A stretch of DNA of 64,000 bases from an uncultured Alphaproteobacteria bacterium (GCA_963844505.1 CAWJOY010000030.1:11269-75268); one strand, 5' to 3'. Positions 21,773 to 32,975 are shown, counted from the first letter of the stretch. A program made the numbers and translations. Notes: a model not told the origin generated them from the letters alone.

Positions 21773-22519
21773 TCAGGCGCGCGCCGCATCCATACGGGCG
21801 CGCATCCCCTCAATCGCCGACCCGAGGCCAAGGAAGACAGCCTCACCGATCAGGAAATGCCCGATGTTCAGCTCGCGAATTTCGGGAATCGCAGCGATAG
21901 CGGCGACGTTATCAAAGGTGAGCCCATGCCCCGCGTGGACTTCTAGCCCAAGCGAATGCGCAAGCGTCGCGCCAACACGCAGCGCCGCAAGTTCGGCCTC
22001 TGCCTCTGCCATGCGGCCTTCGGCGTGCAGATCGGAATAGAGGCCGGTGTGCAGCTCGATCACAGCGGCGCCAATGCGGGCGCAGGCGTGAATTTGCGCG
22101 GCATCATGGCCAATAAACATTGATACGCGGCAGCCCGCCTCGCGCAGCGGAGCGATATAGGCGGCAAGCCGTGCTTCGTCGCCCGCAACGTCCAGCCCGC
22201 CTTCGGTCGTGCGCTCTTGGCGCTTTTCTGGCACAAGGCAAACGGCATGCGGCTTTAGACGCAGCACAATCTCGGCCATTTCATCCGTCGCCGCGCATTC
22301 AAAATTCAGCGGAATGCCAAGACCTGCGCGCAATGCCTCCATATCAGCATCTCGGATGTGGCGGCGGTCTTCGCGCAGGTGCGCCGTGATTCCGTCGGCA
22401 CCCGCAGCCTCGGCCAGCAGGGCCGCACGCAGCGGATCAGGCCAAGCAGAGCCGCGCGCATTGCGAACGGTGGCGACGTGGTCAATGTTGACGCCTAGTC
22501 TTTGCTTGATCGAAGTCAT
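21773..22519 (-). CDS. pdxJ: Pyridoxine 5'-phosphate synthase
   Basis: [37 protein letters not shown]. Confidence 0.97.
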   Translation of the reverse strand: MTSIKQRLGVNIDHVATVRNARGSAWPDPLRAALLAEAAGADGITAHLREDRRHIRDADMEALRAGLGIPLNFECAATDEMAEIVLRLKPHAVCLVPEKRQERTTEGGLDVAGDEARLAAYIAPLREAGCRVSMFIGHDAAQIHACARIGAAVIELHTGLYSDLHAEGRMAEAEAELAALRVGATLAHSLGLEVHAGHGLTFDNVAAIAAIPEIRELNIGHFLIGEAVFLGLGSAIEGMRARMDAARA

Positions 22520-22534
22520 TGTTTTCTCTCAACG

Positions 22535-23233
22535 TTATGATGTCGCGTCGGTATCGTCTGTGCTGTGCTTTTCGCTGCGATGTTTAAGCCGCGCCGCGGC
22601 CTCGGCCACGGTGGCACGCAACTTGTGACGGCGGGCCTTGCGGTCCTCGTGTTTGGCAGCGCGGGCCTTTTGGTAGGCCTGCACGACCGGAATGGTGACG
22701 TAATAGGCCACCGCCGAAATCACCAAGCCCGGCAAAAGCGCGCCAATGAAATAGGGCACATAGATATCGTGCCAGAACCGCTTGAGCCCACCCCAATGCA
22801 CCGGATCCGAGGTAAAGATCGCTATAAAGTTATGCCAAAGCTCGACCCCGGCATGGCCAAAGGCGCCTGCAATCGCCTCGGCGGTCAGCGGCGCCTCGAC
22901 GCCAAGCAACCAGTGGCCAAGCGTCATCGCAAAAACGGCAAAGAAGGGCGTGGTCACAGGATTGGTGTTAAACGTGCCCAACAGAGCCGCCAGCAGATTT
23001 CCGCGCACCAACCGCGCTGCAGCCCAAGCCGCAACGAACTGCAACCCAGGGAGCGGCAAAAATCCGATCAAAAACCCTGCAAAGACACCGCGTGCGATTC
23101 TATGCGGCTCGTCCGGCAGGCGGCTCATCCGGTGGATGACATAGCGAGTCGCGCGCTTGAAGCCCCCCGACGGGTAGACCATCTCGCGCATCCAAGCGAG
23201 CCATCCAAGCGGTTTGCGACGTTTAAAGACCAC
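22535..23233 (-). CDS. DUF2062 membrane protein
   Basis: RLPDEPHRIARG, NPVT; usual position between spoT and pdxJ. Confidence 0.85.
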   Translation of the reverse strand: MVFKRRKPLGWLAWMREMVYPSGGFKRATRYVIHRMSRLPDEPHRIARGVFAGFLIGFLPLPGLQFVAAWAAARLVRGNLLAALLGTFNTNPVTTPFFAVFAMTLGHWLLGVEAPLTAEAIAGAFGHAGVELWHNFIAIFTSDPVHWGGLKRFWHDIYVPYFIGALLPGLVISAVAYYVTIPVVQAYQKARAAKHEDRKARRHKLRATVAEAAARLKHRSEKHSTDDTDATS

Positions 23234-23276
23234 TTTGGTCTGTCCTTCCCTTCCCCAACTGCCAAACTTGGCCGCG

Positions 23277-25400
23277 TTAGGGTTTACGTGTCATATCGCG
23301 GTGACGTGAAACCTGTGCAACATCAGTTTCCGCCTCTAGTGCGGTCATCACCATGTGCAAGTGTTCGGCGTCGCGCAAGTCCACATCAATGATAAGTCTG
23401 TAAAAATCCGGTTTACGTTCGATGAAACGTAGATCGGATATGTTGGCTTTCTGCTCGCCAATCAAGGTGCAAATGCGCCCGAGCACGCCTTCGTCATTCG
23501 AGATGGCAACGTCCAAGCTGACCGTATTGACGGCAGCGTGGCGGCCTTGGTTCCACTGAAGATCGACCCAGCGGTTTGGTTGCTCTTCAAACTCCTCAAG
23601 CGCGGGGCAGTCAATCGCATGAAGCAAGATGCCCTTGCCGCGATAGGAAATGCCGACAATACGCTCGCCCGGAACGGGTTGGCAGCACGCGGCCCGTTTG
23701 AAGGTTTGATCGTCAGACAGGCCGATTACCGCGCGCGCCGAGGAAATCTCATTGGCGGGGGCAGAGGCCAGCTCTGGATAAAGGGTCTCGACCACTTTGC
23801 GGGCGGTCACGTCGGCAGCGCCAAGGGCGGCAAGCAGATCGACGTCATCGCTAAAGCCCAGCATCTTCGCGGCCGTCCGCATGGCCTTATCCGTGGCTTT
23901 TTTGCCGTGATGCTCGAAGGCGGCGCGGGCAAGCTCTTGGCCCAAGCGCACAAAACGGCTGCGGTCTTCTTCGCGCAAGGACCGGCGAATCGCAGCTTTG
24001 GCCCGACCGGTCGAGACAATGTCGATCCACGAGGACTGCGGCTTTTGACCTTCGGCGGTGATAATTTCGACCGACTGACCGTTCTTGAGACGGGTCCAAA
24101 GCGGCACGCGGATGCCATCGACCTTGGCCGAAACACATGAATTGCCGATTCGCGTATGGATGGAATAGGCATAATCGAGCGGTGTCGCCCCACGCGGCAG
24201 TTGGATCACATCCCCCTTGGGCGTAAAGCAAAACACCTGATCGGAATACATTTCCAATTTGACGTTTTCGAGGAATTCGTCGTGGTCGCCCTCATCAAAC
24301 CGCTCGGTCATCGAGGAAATCCACTTGGCCGGATCGACAGCAAAGGGGTTCTTGGCGCGCACGCCTTCACGATAGGCCCAATGCGCCGCCACGCCTGCTT
24401 CGTTGACTTCGTGCATCTCGCGGGTGCGGATTTGCACCTCGACCCGCTTGCCATCGCGCCCCGACACCGTGGTGTGGATCGACCGATATCCGTTTGATTT
24501 CGGCTGGCTCAGATAGTCTTTGAACCGTCCCGGCACCGCACGCCAGCGTTGGTGGATCACCCCCAGAATACGATAGCAATCGGGCACCGAGCCACAGATC
24601 ACCCGAAAGCCATAAATGTCGGACAGCCGCGAAAAGGCGAGGTCCTTTTCCTTCATCTTGCGCCAGATCGAATAGGGCTTTTTAGCGCGTCCATAGACGT
24701 CAGCCTCGATTTCGACCTTATCAAGTTCCGTGCGAATATCGGCGGTGATCTGATGCACCACATCGCCCGATTCGCGCTGAAGCGTCAAAAAGCGGCGGAT
24801 GATCGAGTTACGCGCCTCGGGGTTGATGACACGAAAGGACAAATCCTCGAGCTCTTCGCGCATCCACTGCATCCCCATGCGACCGGCCAGCGGGGCATAG
24901 ATTTCCATGGTTTCGCGGGCTTTTTGAACCTGCTTTTCGGGGCGCATCGACTTGATCGTGCGCATGTTGTGCAAACGGTCGGCAAGCTTGACCAAAATAA
25001 CCCGAAGGTCTTTGGACATCGCCATGAACAGCTTGCGAAAGTTCTCGGCCTGTTGCGATTCGGTGTTGGAAAGCTGCAGATTGGTCAGCTTGGTCACGCC
25101 ATCGACAAGCTCTGCCACCTCTTCGCCAAACAGGCTCGCGATCTCGGAATAGGTGGATTTGGTGTCTTCAATCGTGTCGTGCAAAAGCGCCGTCACGATG
25201 GTCGCGTCGTCAAGCTGCTGTTCGGTAAGGATGGCCGCAACCGCGACGGGGTGGGTGAAATACAGCTCACCCGACTTGCGATACTGGCCCTCATGCATCG
25301 CCATGCCATAGTCATAGGCGCGGCGGATCAGATCGGCATTTGCACGCGGATTGTAATTGTGGACAAGGGCGATGAGGTCTTCGACGTCGATCAACTTCAC
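23277..25400 (-). CDS. spoT: RelA/SpoT (p)ppGpp synthetase/hydrolase
   Basis: HD domain LLHDTIED, KLADRLHNMRT, GRAKKPYSIW, TGS and ACT domains. Confidence 0.97.
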   Translation of the reverse strand: MKLIDVEDLIALVHNYNPRANADLIRRAYDYGMAMHEGQYRKSGELYFTHPVAVAAILTEQQLDDATIVTALLHDTIEDTKSTYSEIASLFGEEVAELVDGVTKLTNLQLSNTESQQAENFRKLFMAMSKDLRVILVKLADRLHNMRTIKSMRPEKQVQKARETMEIYAPLAGRMGMQWMREELEDLSFRVINPEARNSIIRRFLTLQRESGDVVHQITADIRTELDKVEIEADVYGRAKKPYSIWRKMKEKDLAFSRLSDIYGFRVICGSVPDCYRILGVIHQRWRAVPGRFKDYLSQPKSNGYRSIHTTVSGRDGKRVEVQIRTREMHEVNEAGVAAHWAYREGVRAKNPFAVDPAKWISSMTERFDEGDHDEFLENVKLEMYSDQVFCFTPKGDVIQLPRGATPLDYAYSIHTRIGNSCVSAKVDGIRVPLWTRLKNGQSVEIITAEGQKPQSSWIDIVSTGRAKAAIRRSLREEDRSRFVRLGQELARAAFEHHGKKATDKAMRTAAKMLGFSDDVDLLAALGAADVTARKVVETLYPELASAPANEISSARAVIGLSDDQTFKRAACCQPVPGERIVGISYRGKGILLHAIDCPALEEFEEQPNRWVDLQWNQGRHAAVNTVSLDVAISNDEGVLGRICTLIGEQKANISDLRFIERKPDFYRLIIDVDLRDAEHLHMVMTALEAETDVAQVSRHRDMTRKP

Positions 25401-25436
25401 CGCCCCTATGGCCGTAAATTCGGCATTATCAGTATG

Positions 25437-25790
25437 TTAGAGCTCGCCTTGTGCTTCCATCAGGGCGCGCAAGAGCTTCTCTTCCGACATATCATCCTGC
25501 ATCGGGCGATCAACTTCACCAGACATAAGAAGCGCCATTTGGTCTTCTTCTGGCTCATCCACCTCGATCTGAGTTTGGTGGCTTTCGATCATCCGCTCGC
25601 GCAGGCTATCAGCAAGCTGGGTCTCGTCCGCGATTTCACGCAGAGCGACCACAGGATTTTTATCGTTATCACGATCAACCGTCGGCGCATCGCCAGACTG
25701 GATTTCGCGGGCGCGATGAGCGGCCAACATAACCAGTTCAAACCGGTTAGGGACTTTATCAACGCAATCTTCAACCGTCACGCGGGCCAT
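25437..25790 (-). CDS. rpoZ: RNA polymerase omega subunit
   Basis: [30 protein letters not shown]. Confidence 0.97.
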   Translation of the reverse strand: MARVTVEDCVDKVPNRFELVMLAAHRAREIQSGDAPTVDRDNDKNPVVALREIADETQLADSLRERMIESHQTQIEVDEPEEDQMALLMSGEVDRPMQDDMSEEKLLRALMEAQGEL

Positions 25791-25864
25791 GAAAGACTCC
25801 AGTAAGGATGGGGGCTTTGGAGAGGTCTATTTAGGGGCGATGACGCAGATTGACAAGCGCATAA

Positions 25865-26455
25865 TCAAAAAGCGTCATCCTGCGGCAATACGCGCACGGC
25901 GTCTCGGTCGGCTGCAGGTAAGGCTTGAAGCATCTGCATGACGGTTTGGCCCGACACCGGATGACGCCACTCTGCAGCAATCTCGGCCAGCGGCACCAAA
26001 ACGAAGGCGCGGTCCTGCAAGCGCGGATGCGGCAAGATCAACTCTGCGGGCGCCAGCTGCGCTTGCTCGGCGGGCGCAAGTGTTTGCCAGCGCTGATAGG
26101 TCGCAAGATCAGGCGCCACAGCCGCCCCCACCGCCAACAGGTCCAAATCAAGGCTCCGCCCCGCCCAACGCGAACTGCGACTCCGGCCAAAATCGTGCTC
26201 GATCTTATGCAATGCAGCAAGAATTTGCTCGGGCGTCTGATCGTGCCGTAGCGTCACAATCGCGGCTGCGTTCACATAGTCGGGCCCCGCCCCAGCAGGA
26301 AAACATGGCGTTTCATACAATCGGCTGACTGCACTCAACTCCAATCCCTCATGAGCAAAACAAGCCAAAGCCTTCTCAACAATCGCTTTCGGCGGAAAAG
26401 TTCCGAAATTCAGATTTGCGCCTAATGCAACCAGAGCGTGCTTTTCTGCCGCCAT
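25865..26455 (-). CDS. folK: HPPK (folate pathway pyrophosphokinase)
   Basis: VALGANL, SRLYETP, RSLDLDLL, LPHPRLQDRAFVLVPL. Confidence 0.93.
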   Translation of the reverse strand: MAAEKHALVALGANLNFGTFPPKAIVEKALACFAHEGLELSAVSRLYETPCFPAGAGPDYVNAAAIVTLRHDQTPEQILAALHKIEHDFGRSRSSRWAGRSLDLDLLAVGAAVAPDLATYQRWQTLAPAEQAQLAPAELILPHPRLQDRAFVLVPLAEIAAEWRHPVSGQTVMQMLQALPAADRDAVRVLPQDDAF

Positions 26456-26601
26456 AATCGGTGTTACCCTTGCTTTTATGCTGCCTTGCCGAGTCCAGAG
26501 CGACTCACTTATATGCAGAACTTCGTACAGAGCTTTTTTTAAGGTATTTTTCCTTGTCACTGAAGAGACTTTGTCGAAGTGTGTTTTCAAGGGGATAAGA
26601 C

Positions 26602-27177
26602 ATGTTTTACAAGGACGAGCGGCTCGCGCTGTTCATTGATGGGTCCAACCTCTACGCTGCAGCAAAAGCGCTTGGGTTCGACATCGATTACAAGCTTTTG
26701 CGGCAGGAATTTATGCGTCGCGGCAAGCTTTTGCGCGCGTTTTATTATACCGCACTGCTGGAAAACGAAGAGTATTCGCCTATTCGACCTCTGGTTGATT
26801 GGCTGAACTACAACGGCTTTACCATGGTGACAAAGCCCGCCAAGGAATACACAGACAGCCAAGGTCGCCGCAAAGTCAAAGGCAACATGGATATCGAGTT
26901 GGCCGTTGACGCGATGGAATTGGCGCCGCGCGTCGATCATATCGTGATCTTCTCGGGCGACGGCGACTTTCGGCCGCTGATCGAAAGCCTTCAGCGCCAA
27001 GGCGTGCGGGTTTCCGTGGTTTCGACCATCCGCAGCCAACCGCCGATGATCGCCGACGAACTGCGCCGCCAAGCCGACAACTTTATCGAGCTGGACGAAC
27101 TGCGCGACGTGATCGGCCGCCCTCCGCGCGAGCCGCGTGCAGATGAGCTCGACGATACGGTCGTCAACATCAAATAA
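26602..27177 (+). CDS. NYN/LabA-DUF88 domain protein
   Basis: FIDGSNLY, KGNMDIELAVD, SGDGDF. Confidence 0.92.
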   Translation: MFYKDERLALFIDGSNLYAAAKALGFDIDYKLLRQEFMRRGKLLRAFYYTALLENEEYSPIRPLVDWLNYNGFTMVTKPAKEYTDSQGRRKVKGNMDIELAVDAMELAPRVDHIVIFSGDGDFRPLIESLQRQGVRVSVVSTIRSQPPMIADELRRQADNFIELDELRDVIGRPPREPRADELDDTVVNIK

Positions 27178-27270
27178 GCCTATGCCAGCGCGGCCCCCGC
27201 GCTGGCTGGACCTGCGGGCGATTGCATGCCCCTGCTCGATCCGATAGATTTGCGGCAAAAGGATGCTGCG

Positions 27271-28221
27271 ATGACAAAACCTGCCCTGATGCTTTATCTT
27301 GCTGCCCCGCGCGGTTTTTGTGCCGGCGTTGATCGCGCCATTCGCATCGTCGAGCTGGCAATCGAGAAATGGGGCGCGCCGGTTTATGTGCGCCACGAAA
27401 TCGTTCACAACAAATATGTCGTCGACAGCCTGCGCGCCAAGGGCGCTGTTTTCGTTGAAGAATTAGACGAATGTCCCGTCGATCGCCCCGTGATTTTCTC
27501 GGCGCATGGCGTGCCGAAATCCGTTCCTGCAGCCGCCCAAGCCCGCGAGATGATCGCCGTGGATGCCACCTGCCCCTTGGTGACCAAGGTGCATTCCGAG
27601 GCGCAGCGCCATTCCGAAGCTGGGCTTCAAATGGTGATGATCGGTCATGCGGGCCATCCTGAAACCGTCGGTACGATGGGGCAACTGCCTGACGGCGAAG
27701 TGCTTTTGGTCGAGACTGCCGAGGATGTGGCGGGCCTTTTGGTCCGCGATGAAAGCAAACTGGCCTATATCACCCAGACCACGCTTTCGGTCGACGACAC
27801 CGCAGGGATTGTCGCAGTGTTGCAAGCCCGCTTTCCGGCGATCGTCGGCCCGCACAAGGAAGACATCTGCTATGCCACCACCAATCGCCAAGCGGCGGTA
27901 AAGGCGATTGCGGGCAAGATTGACGCGCTTTTGGTGATCGGCGCGCCGAATTCGTCCAACTCCAAACGGCTGGTCGAGGTGGGGCGGTCTTCGGGTTGCG
28001 CCTATGCGCAACTGGTACAGCGGGCGGTCGATATCGACTGGCGCGCGCTTGATGGGATTACCTCTGTTGGCGTCACGGCGGGGGCCTCCGCGCCTGAAAT
28101 CTTGGTAAACGAGGTCATCGACGCTTTTCGCGAGCGGTTCGATACGACGGTAGAGATCGTGGAAACCGCACAAGAGCATATCGAGTTCAAAGTGCCGCGC
28201 ATCCTGCGCGAAACCGCATGA
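27271..28221 (+). CDS. ispH: 4-hydroxy-3-methylbut-2-enyl diphosphate reductase
   Basis: [34 protein letters not shown]. Confidence 0.97.
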   Translation: MTKPALMLYLAAPRGFCAGVDRAIRIVELAIEKWGAPVYVRHEIVHNKYVVDSLRAKGAVFVEELDECPVDRPVIFSAHGVPKSVPAAAQAREMIAVDATCPLVTKVHSEAQRHSEAGLQMVMIGHAGHPETVGTMGQLPDGEVLLVETAEDVAGLLVRDESKLAYITQTTLSVDDTAGIVAVLQARFPAIVGPHKEDICYATTNRQAAVKAIAGKIDALLVIGAPNSSNSKRLVEVGRSSGCAYAQLVQRAVDIDWRALDGITSVGVTAGASAPEILVNEVIDAFRERFDTTVEIVETAQEHIEFKVPRILRETA

Positions 28222-28838
28222 GCGTCGATAAATCCACGTTAGAGTTCTATGCCCGCGAGGCCGCGCGCTATAATTCAGTCGTACAGGAAGAAAAGTTTCC
28301 GCCACTGTTTGACGCCTTTGTGGCGCGCCTGCCTGCGGGGGCGAGCGTGCTTGATTTCGGTTGCGGTGGCGGGCGGGCGGCCTTGGCCTTGCAGCGGCGC
28401 GGCTTTGCGGTTGCGGCGCTTGATCCCTCGGCCGAAATGCTCGCGGGTTTGGACGGCAGCGGCATTCCCACGATCTGCGGCGATATCGAGTCCCTGCCCT
28501 TGGACGCCAAGTTCGACGCGGTTCTGGCGCTGTTCTCGTTGCAACACATTCCCCGTGACGACTTGGCCGCGAGCCTTGCACGGCTCTGCGCCTCGATCTC
28601 GGCAGGAGGCACAATCGCCATTGCCATCCACGAGGGCGACGAGTCCGTGCGCGATGCGCTTGATCGGCTATACAACCATTGGTCCGAAGCCAGTCTGCGC
28701 GAGATGCTGGCGCAAAGCGGTCTCACCGTCGATTGGGTAGAGCGCGAACCAAGCAAAGGCTTTGACGGACGCCGCTTTACCGCGCTTTACCTGCTTGCGG
28801 CGCGACCGCCCGTTGACGCCCCGCACCCTGCCGCCTAA
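28218..28838 (+). CDS. Class I SAM-dependent methyltransferase
   Basis: VLDFGCGGG motif I; ATGA overlap with ispH. Confidence 0.88.
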   Translation: MSVDKSTLEFYAREAARYNSVVQEEKFPPLFDAFVARLPAGASVLDFGCGGGRAALALQRRGFAVAALDPSAEMLAGLDGSGIPTICGDIESLPLDAKFDAVLALFSLQHIPRDDLAASLARLCASISAGGTIAIAIHEGDESVRDALDRLYNHWSEASLREMLAQSGLTVDWVEREPSKGFDGRRFTALYLLAARPPVDAPHPAA

Positions 28839-28860
28839 ACCGCTGGCAAAGGAGCACCCA

Positions 28861-29319
28861 ATGGCCGAGCTTTTTGCCTATACTGACGGAGCCTGTTCGG
28901 GCAACCCTGGCCCCGGTGGCTGGGGGGTTTTGATGATCGCGCGTGAAAATGGCGCGGTGATCAAGGAAAAAACTCTGAACGGTGGCGAAGCTGATACCAC
29001 CAACAACCGGATGGAGCTGCTGGCCGCGATCTCGGCGCTCGAGGCTTTGACGCGAGTCAGCGACCTCACGATTGTCACCGACAGTGCCTATGTGAAAAAC
29101 GGCGTGACCGAGTGGATACACGGCTGGAAGCGCAACGGCTGGAAAACTGCAGCGCGGGCTCCGGTCAAGAATGTTGATCTGTGGCAAAGGCTTGACGCAG
29201 CACAAGCGGCGCATCGGGTGACGTGGCGCTGGATTAAAGGACACGCGGGCCATGCCGAAAACGAGCGCGCCGATGAGTTGGCCCGCATGGGAATGGCACC
29301 GTTCAAAACGGCGAAATAG
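28861..29319 (+). CDS. rnhA: Ribonuclease HI
   Basis: [38 protein letters not shown]. Confidence 0.97.
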   Translation: MAELFAYTDGACSGNPGPGGWGVLMIARENGAVIKEKTLNGGEADTTNNRMELLAAISALEALTRVSDLTIVTDSAYVKNGVTEWIHGWKRNGWKTAARAPVKNVDLWQRLDAAQAAHRVTWRWIKGHAGHAENERADELARMGMAPFKTAK

Positions 29320-29344
29320 GCCGGAGGGTCGCTCCGGCCCTTTG
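29319..29344. terminator. Hairpin between convergent genes
   Basis: GGCCGGAG-GGTCG-CTCCGGCC followed by CTTT. Confidence 0.55.
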
Positions 29345-29346
29345 GC

Positions 29347-30162
29347 TTAGTCCTCGAGCGCTTGCGACGCATCGACGCCGATCTGTTCGCACATCCGCGC
29401 GGCATAAGAATTCGGCAGCGGCACGTTGCGACGCCACCAAGGCTTGGTGCCGTTGGTGTAGAGGTGGACCGAAAGCGTGTTGTCAGTAAAGTGCCCCTCC
29501 ACGCGCCCATAGGGGTCATAAAAGATGTCATTCAGCTGGAACGGCACCGGATAGAGGTAGTCCGACGTCAGCGCCTTTTCAAAATCGCCCGTCTGCTGCG
29601 CGAAATAGGTAAAGGCTTGCGGGCCAAAGGCGGTGCGCTCGGCGTTATAGATGCGCACGGCTTGCGGCAGGCTGCTGTCTTGTTTGTCGAGCTTCTTGCG
29701 CTGCTGCTTGTTGAACCAAGCCGGCGCTTCTGGAAGATTGGTATAGTAGTCAATAAGTTGATGGATCAGCTCACCCTGCTGCGGGATATAGACCACGCCG
29801 CAGTTCAGCGCGCCGCGAAAGCCGTGACCCGCAAAGATGTTCTCCATCTCGTCGGGGAAAGGCTTGTGGCAGAAAGCGTCGCAATCAATCCAAATCGCGT
29901 TGGTTTGCTGAATCATGTGGTAGCGAAACACGTTCGACAGAAAGCTTTCTGAAGTCTGGCGCACGATGTCCATATCGATTGGCATGATATCTGTGGCCGG
30001 ACGCACAGTGACACCTTCGGGCACATTGGTGACCGTATCGGTGCAATACAGCGTCGTCGGGTGACCCTGACGCACATGCGACAACAGGCAAAGTTGGTTA
30101 AGATACTGAAGCTTTTCGCCAATCCAAAGCGAAGCGACGGGTCTGCGGACGGGGGTGGACAT
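29347..30162 (-). CDS. DXD-motif glycosyltransferase (GT32/Gly_transf_sug-like)
   Basis: SLWIG...LCLLS...G...LY, SNVFRY, WIDCD motifs. Confidence 0.7.
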   Translation of the reverse strand: MSTPVRRPVASLWIGEKLQYLNQLCLLSHVRQGHPTTLYCTDTVTNVPEGVTVRPATDIMPIDMDIVRQTSESFLSNVFRYHMIQQTNAIWIDCDAFCHKPFPDEMENIFAGHGFRGALNCGVVYIPQQGELIHQLIDYYTNLPEAPAWFNKQQRKKLDKQDSSLPQAVRIYNAERTAFGPQAFTYFAQQTGDFEKALTSDYLYPVPFQLNDIFYDPYGRVEGHFTDNTLSVHLYTNGTKPWWRRNVPLPNSYAARMCEQIGVDASQALED

Positions 30163-30220
30163 GAGCTGCCTCTGGGTTTGTTTTGTTTTCATGGACAATG
30201 GCGCAAGCCATCCGGCGTGT

Positions 30221-32065
30221 CTAGGCGATTGCCGCGGCGTGAAAAACCCGCAGCAGGTTAGGATCAAAGCCGTCCTGCGCAATAAACCCCGTCGGCGCAA
30301 AAGCAGTCGCGTGATGCGCCTCAAGCCAGCGGCCATAGAGGAACAGCTGCGTTATACCAGTCTTGGCCAACAGAGCATCAATATCTTGCGGCAGAACGGC
30401 GGCATCCGCGATCAAAAGCGCAGAGGGTTTGTGGTCAGTGATAAGCTGCGCGGCGTCTTCAACCTTATGATCTTCAAGGACAAACCGATCATTGAAGGCG
30501 CGATTGCTTAGGCCGCAAACAACCCCCAACATCTGCCGCAGACCCGCATTGTCCTCTTGCAAAACCCACGTCAGGTCTGGCCGCTCATTGGCGCAATGTC
30601 CGGCCAGAAAACCAACAGCAGAGCCAAGTTCCAGCACCGTCGCGGATTTCTCAAGCGCCTGCGGCATCTTGCGGGCAAGGCCACGTTCAAATTTGCCTTG
30701 CTGGATTTGTGGCAGCACATGCGCGGCAAAAACACGGGGGTCGGCGGGCAGCTTCATCGAGTGGTTTGGATAAACGTCGAGCGTAGCATCTTGGGTCAAC
30801 GAAATCTCACCGTGGTGGTAGGATCCCATTGGCACTGCCTCGACAGGCTCTTTGGGTTGCTCCGCGCGCTCGGCTTTGGCTTTCGCGCCGCGACGTTTTT
30901 CGACATCCGACATGAGGGCTGCGATTTTCTCTTTGTCGCGCGCCTGTGGCGGCTTGGCGACGATCTGCGTGATCGGCACTTCCGACGCGCGTGCAAGATC
31001 AGCGACAAGATCGTGATAGGCTTGGGTAGTCCGCAACTCGTCAAGGCGGGCTTCGGCACGGTCAATCGCCGCGTGATGCAAACGGTTCAACACGGGATCA
31101 GTCAGCAGCTGATTTATCAACTGATTGCGGATTTCCGTATACCGCAACATGGTATCGTCGCGCACTTCGTTGCGATCCTGAAGCGACCAATAGTCAGAAT
31201 TATACTTATCCTTCTTATTGTTCACATTGCCGCGCATCTTGCGAATAGCATAGCTGTCGACCGATTTGACGGCGTAATGGTTAAGCTGCACCCAGTCATA
31301 CCCCACTGTGCGCGTAATCGACCGCCAGCCGCGAAATTTGAAGTAATCCTCCATCTCGCGGCCCGACCCGTTAAGCCATTTCACCTCGTCCGGAAACGGT
31401 GTCTCAACCCATTTTGCCTTCATTTTGGGGCGATGAATCCCAAGCTTCCACTTGGCATCGTCAAACGTGAACAGGGTCTTCACTCCCCACCCCTTGTTCC
31501 ACGTTGTCGGTGCTGCCCATAGATATTGTTCCGTTACCGGCGCACGGCTCCAATCGACGACACCACCAGACCCAAAGATCCGCCACGTCACAACGATACC
31601 GTTTGCCCCCTCGGCCTTGGTGGCAGTTAGCAAGTCATCAAGCGTGCCATTGCCGTAACGGATGGACAGAAATTCATCCGCATCAAAAACCATAACCCAG
31701 TCGGATTGCTGCACGACGGGCTCTGCCTGAGCATAGTTCAACGCCGAAGGTTGGGGGCGGATGCCTTCGGGAATGTCATTGCGGCGGTGATGGCACAGGC
31801 CCAATTCCTCGAGCCTGATCAGCATGTCATCGGTGCCATCTGAACAATCGTTCGTATAGACGACAAGGTCTGAAAACCCGACAGCAAGATGATGTGCAAC
31901 CCACTCGATCACAAACGGACCTTCGTCCTTCATCATCGAAACTGCAGTGACTTGACCATGCGGGCTATGATGACGCTTCAGCGGGAAATCAACGCTGCCC
32001 CATAGATCCGCGGCACCACTTGGGCGTGGCATAGACGCACCCGCTTTGGCTTGTTTCACTGTCAC
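30221..32065 (-). CDS. Glycosyltransferase (Glyco_tranf_2_4-like) with C-terminal methyltransferase-like domain; start uncertain
   Basis: MKDEGPFVIEWVAHH, YTNDCSDGT, FDADEFL, LNHYAVKS; C-terminal VLELGSAVG resembles SAM motif I. Confidence 0.75.
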   Translation of the reverse strand: MTVKQAKAGASMPRPSGAADLWGSVDFPLKRHHSPHGQVTAVSMMKDEGPFVIEWVAHHLAVGFSDLVVYTNDCSDGTDDMLIRLEELGLCHHRRNDIPEGIRPQPSALNYAQAEPVVQQSDWVMVFDADEFLSIRYGNGTLDDLLTATKAEGANGIVVTWRIFGSGGVVDWSRAPVTEQYLWAAPTTWNKGWGVKTLFTFDDAKWKLGIHRPKMKAKWVETPFPDEVKWLNGSGREMEDYFKFRGWRSITRTVGYDWVQLNHYAVKSVDSYAIRKMRGNVNNKKDKYNSDYWSLQDRNEVRDDTMLRYTEIRNQLINQLLTDPVLNRLHHAAIDRAEARLDELRTTQAYHDLVADLARASEVPITQIVAKPPQARDKEKIAALMSDVEKRRGAKAKAERAEQPKEPVEAVPMGSYHHGEISLTQDATLDVYPNHSMKLPADPRVFAAHVLPQIQQGKFERGLARKMPQALEKSATVLELGSAVGFLAGHCANERPDLTWVLQEDNAGLRQMLGVVCGLSNRAFNDRFVLEDHKVEDAAQLITDHKPSALLIADAAVLPQDIDALLAKTGITQLFLYGRWLEAHHATAFAPTGFIAQDGFDPNLLRVFHAAAIA

Positions 32066-32235
32066 CTTGGCCCTGCCACCTAATCGTCCTATGATTGGAG
32101 ATTACCTTAGCCCGCGCGGTAATTCTGCGACAAGGGGGGCGATCAAACACTCTTTGCATGTTGCCGGAATGCAGGAACACGACTCTGAGGTCAGAAATGT
32201 TTTGCTTTTTGTGACTCTTCATTCAATCTATTAGC

Positions 32236-32748
32236 ATGGCACGCAATAAGTTAATTTCTGACGCAGACGTTTTGGCTCATGTTCTAAAGCTGTTGCTTTT
32301 GAGCGGTGAAAAATCTGTGACATTTTCTGCCGTCGCACAAAAATGCAAACTAGCGCCTCCAACCTTGGTGCAGCGTTTTGGCAGCTGTAGTGCGATGACC
32401 GAGGCCGCCCTTGACCATGCCTGGCAGCAGCTCGAAGACCAAACCGTTGAGGTCTTTGCAGCCGCTGAACCTAAAGGCAAAGGCGTCCAAGCCATCCTCA
32501 AGGCGCTTTCGTCGCCCATCGACTCGCCTGCATTGCTCTCGGCAAGCCTTAATCACGCAGCCCTAGCAGCGCGGGCAAAAGCATGGCGTGACCAAGTTGA
32601 AACGGCATTGGCAGAAAAACTTGGAAATGGCGCGAAGGCAAAGGAAACCGCAGCCGTAACATTTGCAGCTTGGCAAGGCCGCTTGCTTTGGGATGGCGCT
32701 GGTGGCAAGGGTTTCAAACTGGGCGAGGCACTCAGGCGCCTAACTTAG
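32236..32748 (+). CDS. TetR-like transcriptional regulator
   Basis: N-terminal HTH VTFSAVAQKCKLAPPTLVQRFGS. Confidence 0.75.
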   Translation: MARNKLISDADVLAHVLKLLLLSGEKSVTFSAVAQKCKLAPPTLVQRFGSCSAMTEAALDHAWQQLEDQTVEVFAAAEPKGKGVQAILKALSSPIDSPALLSASLNHAALAARAKAWRDQVETALAEKLGNGAKAKETAAVTFAAWQGRLLWDGAGGKGFKLGEALRRLT

Positions 32749-32975
32749 CGATTAATATAGGCTTTATATAACCAGATGAGCGCCATAGCGCCCAAGATGC
32801 CGCCAATAAGCCCCGCAGCAAGTCCAGTAAGTGCAAGTAAGCCGCGCAAAACGAACGACCCAGCAAGCGCGCCAGCGATTCCGATCGCAATCGTCGTCGG
32901 CACATCCGTCTGAACGTTCATCAAACGCGTGGCAAGAAACCCAGCTGCGATTCCTACAATGATTAACAAAACCAT
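32745..32975 (-). CDS. GlsB/YeaQ/YmgE family membrane protein
   Basis: IIVGIAAGFLA...IGIAGALAGS glycine-rich TM pattern; RBS AGGAGG. Confidence 0.85.
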   Translation of the reverse strand: MVLLIIVGIAAGFLATRLMNVQTDVPTTIAIGIAGALAGSFVLRGLLALTGLAAGLIGGILGAMALIWLYKAYINR

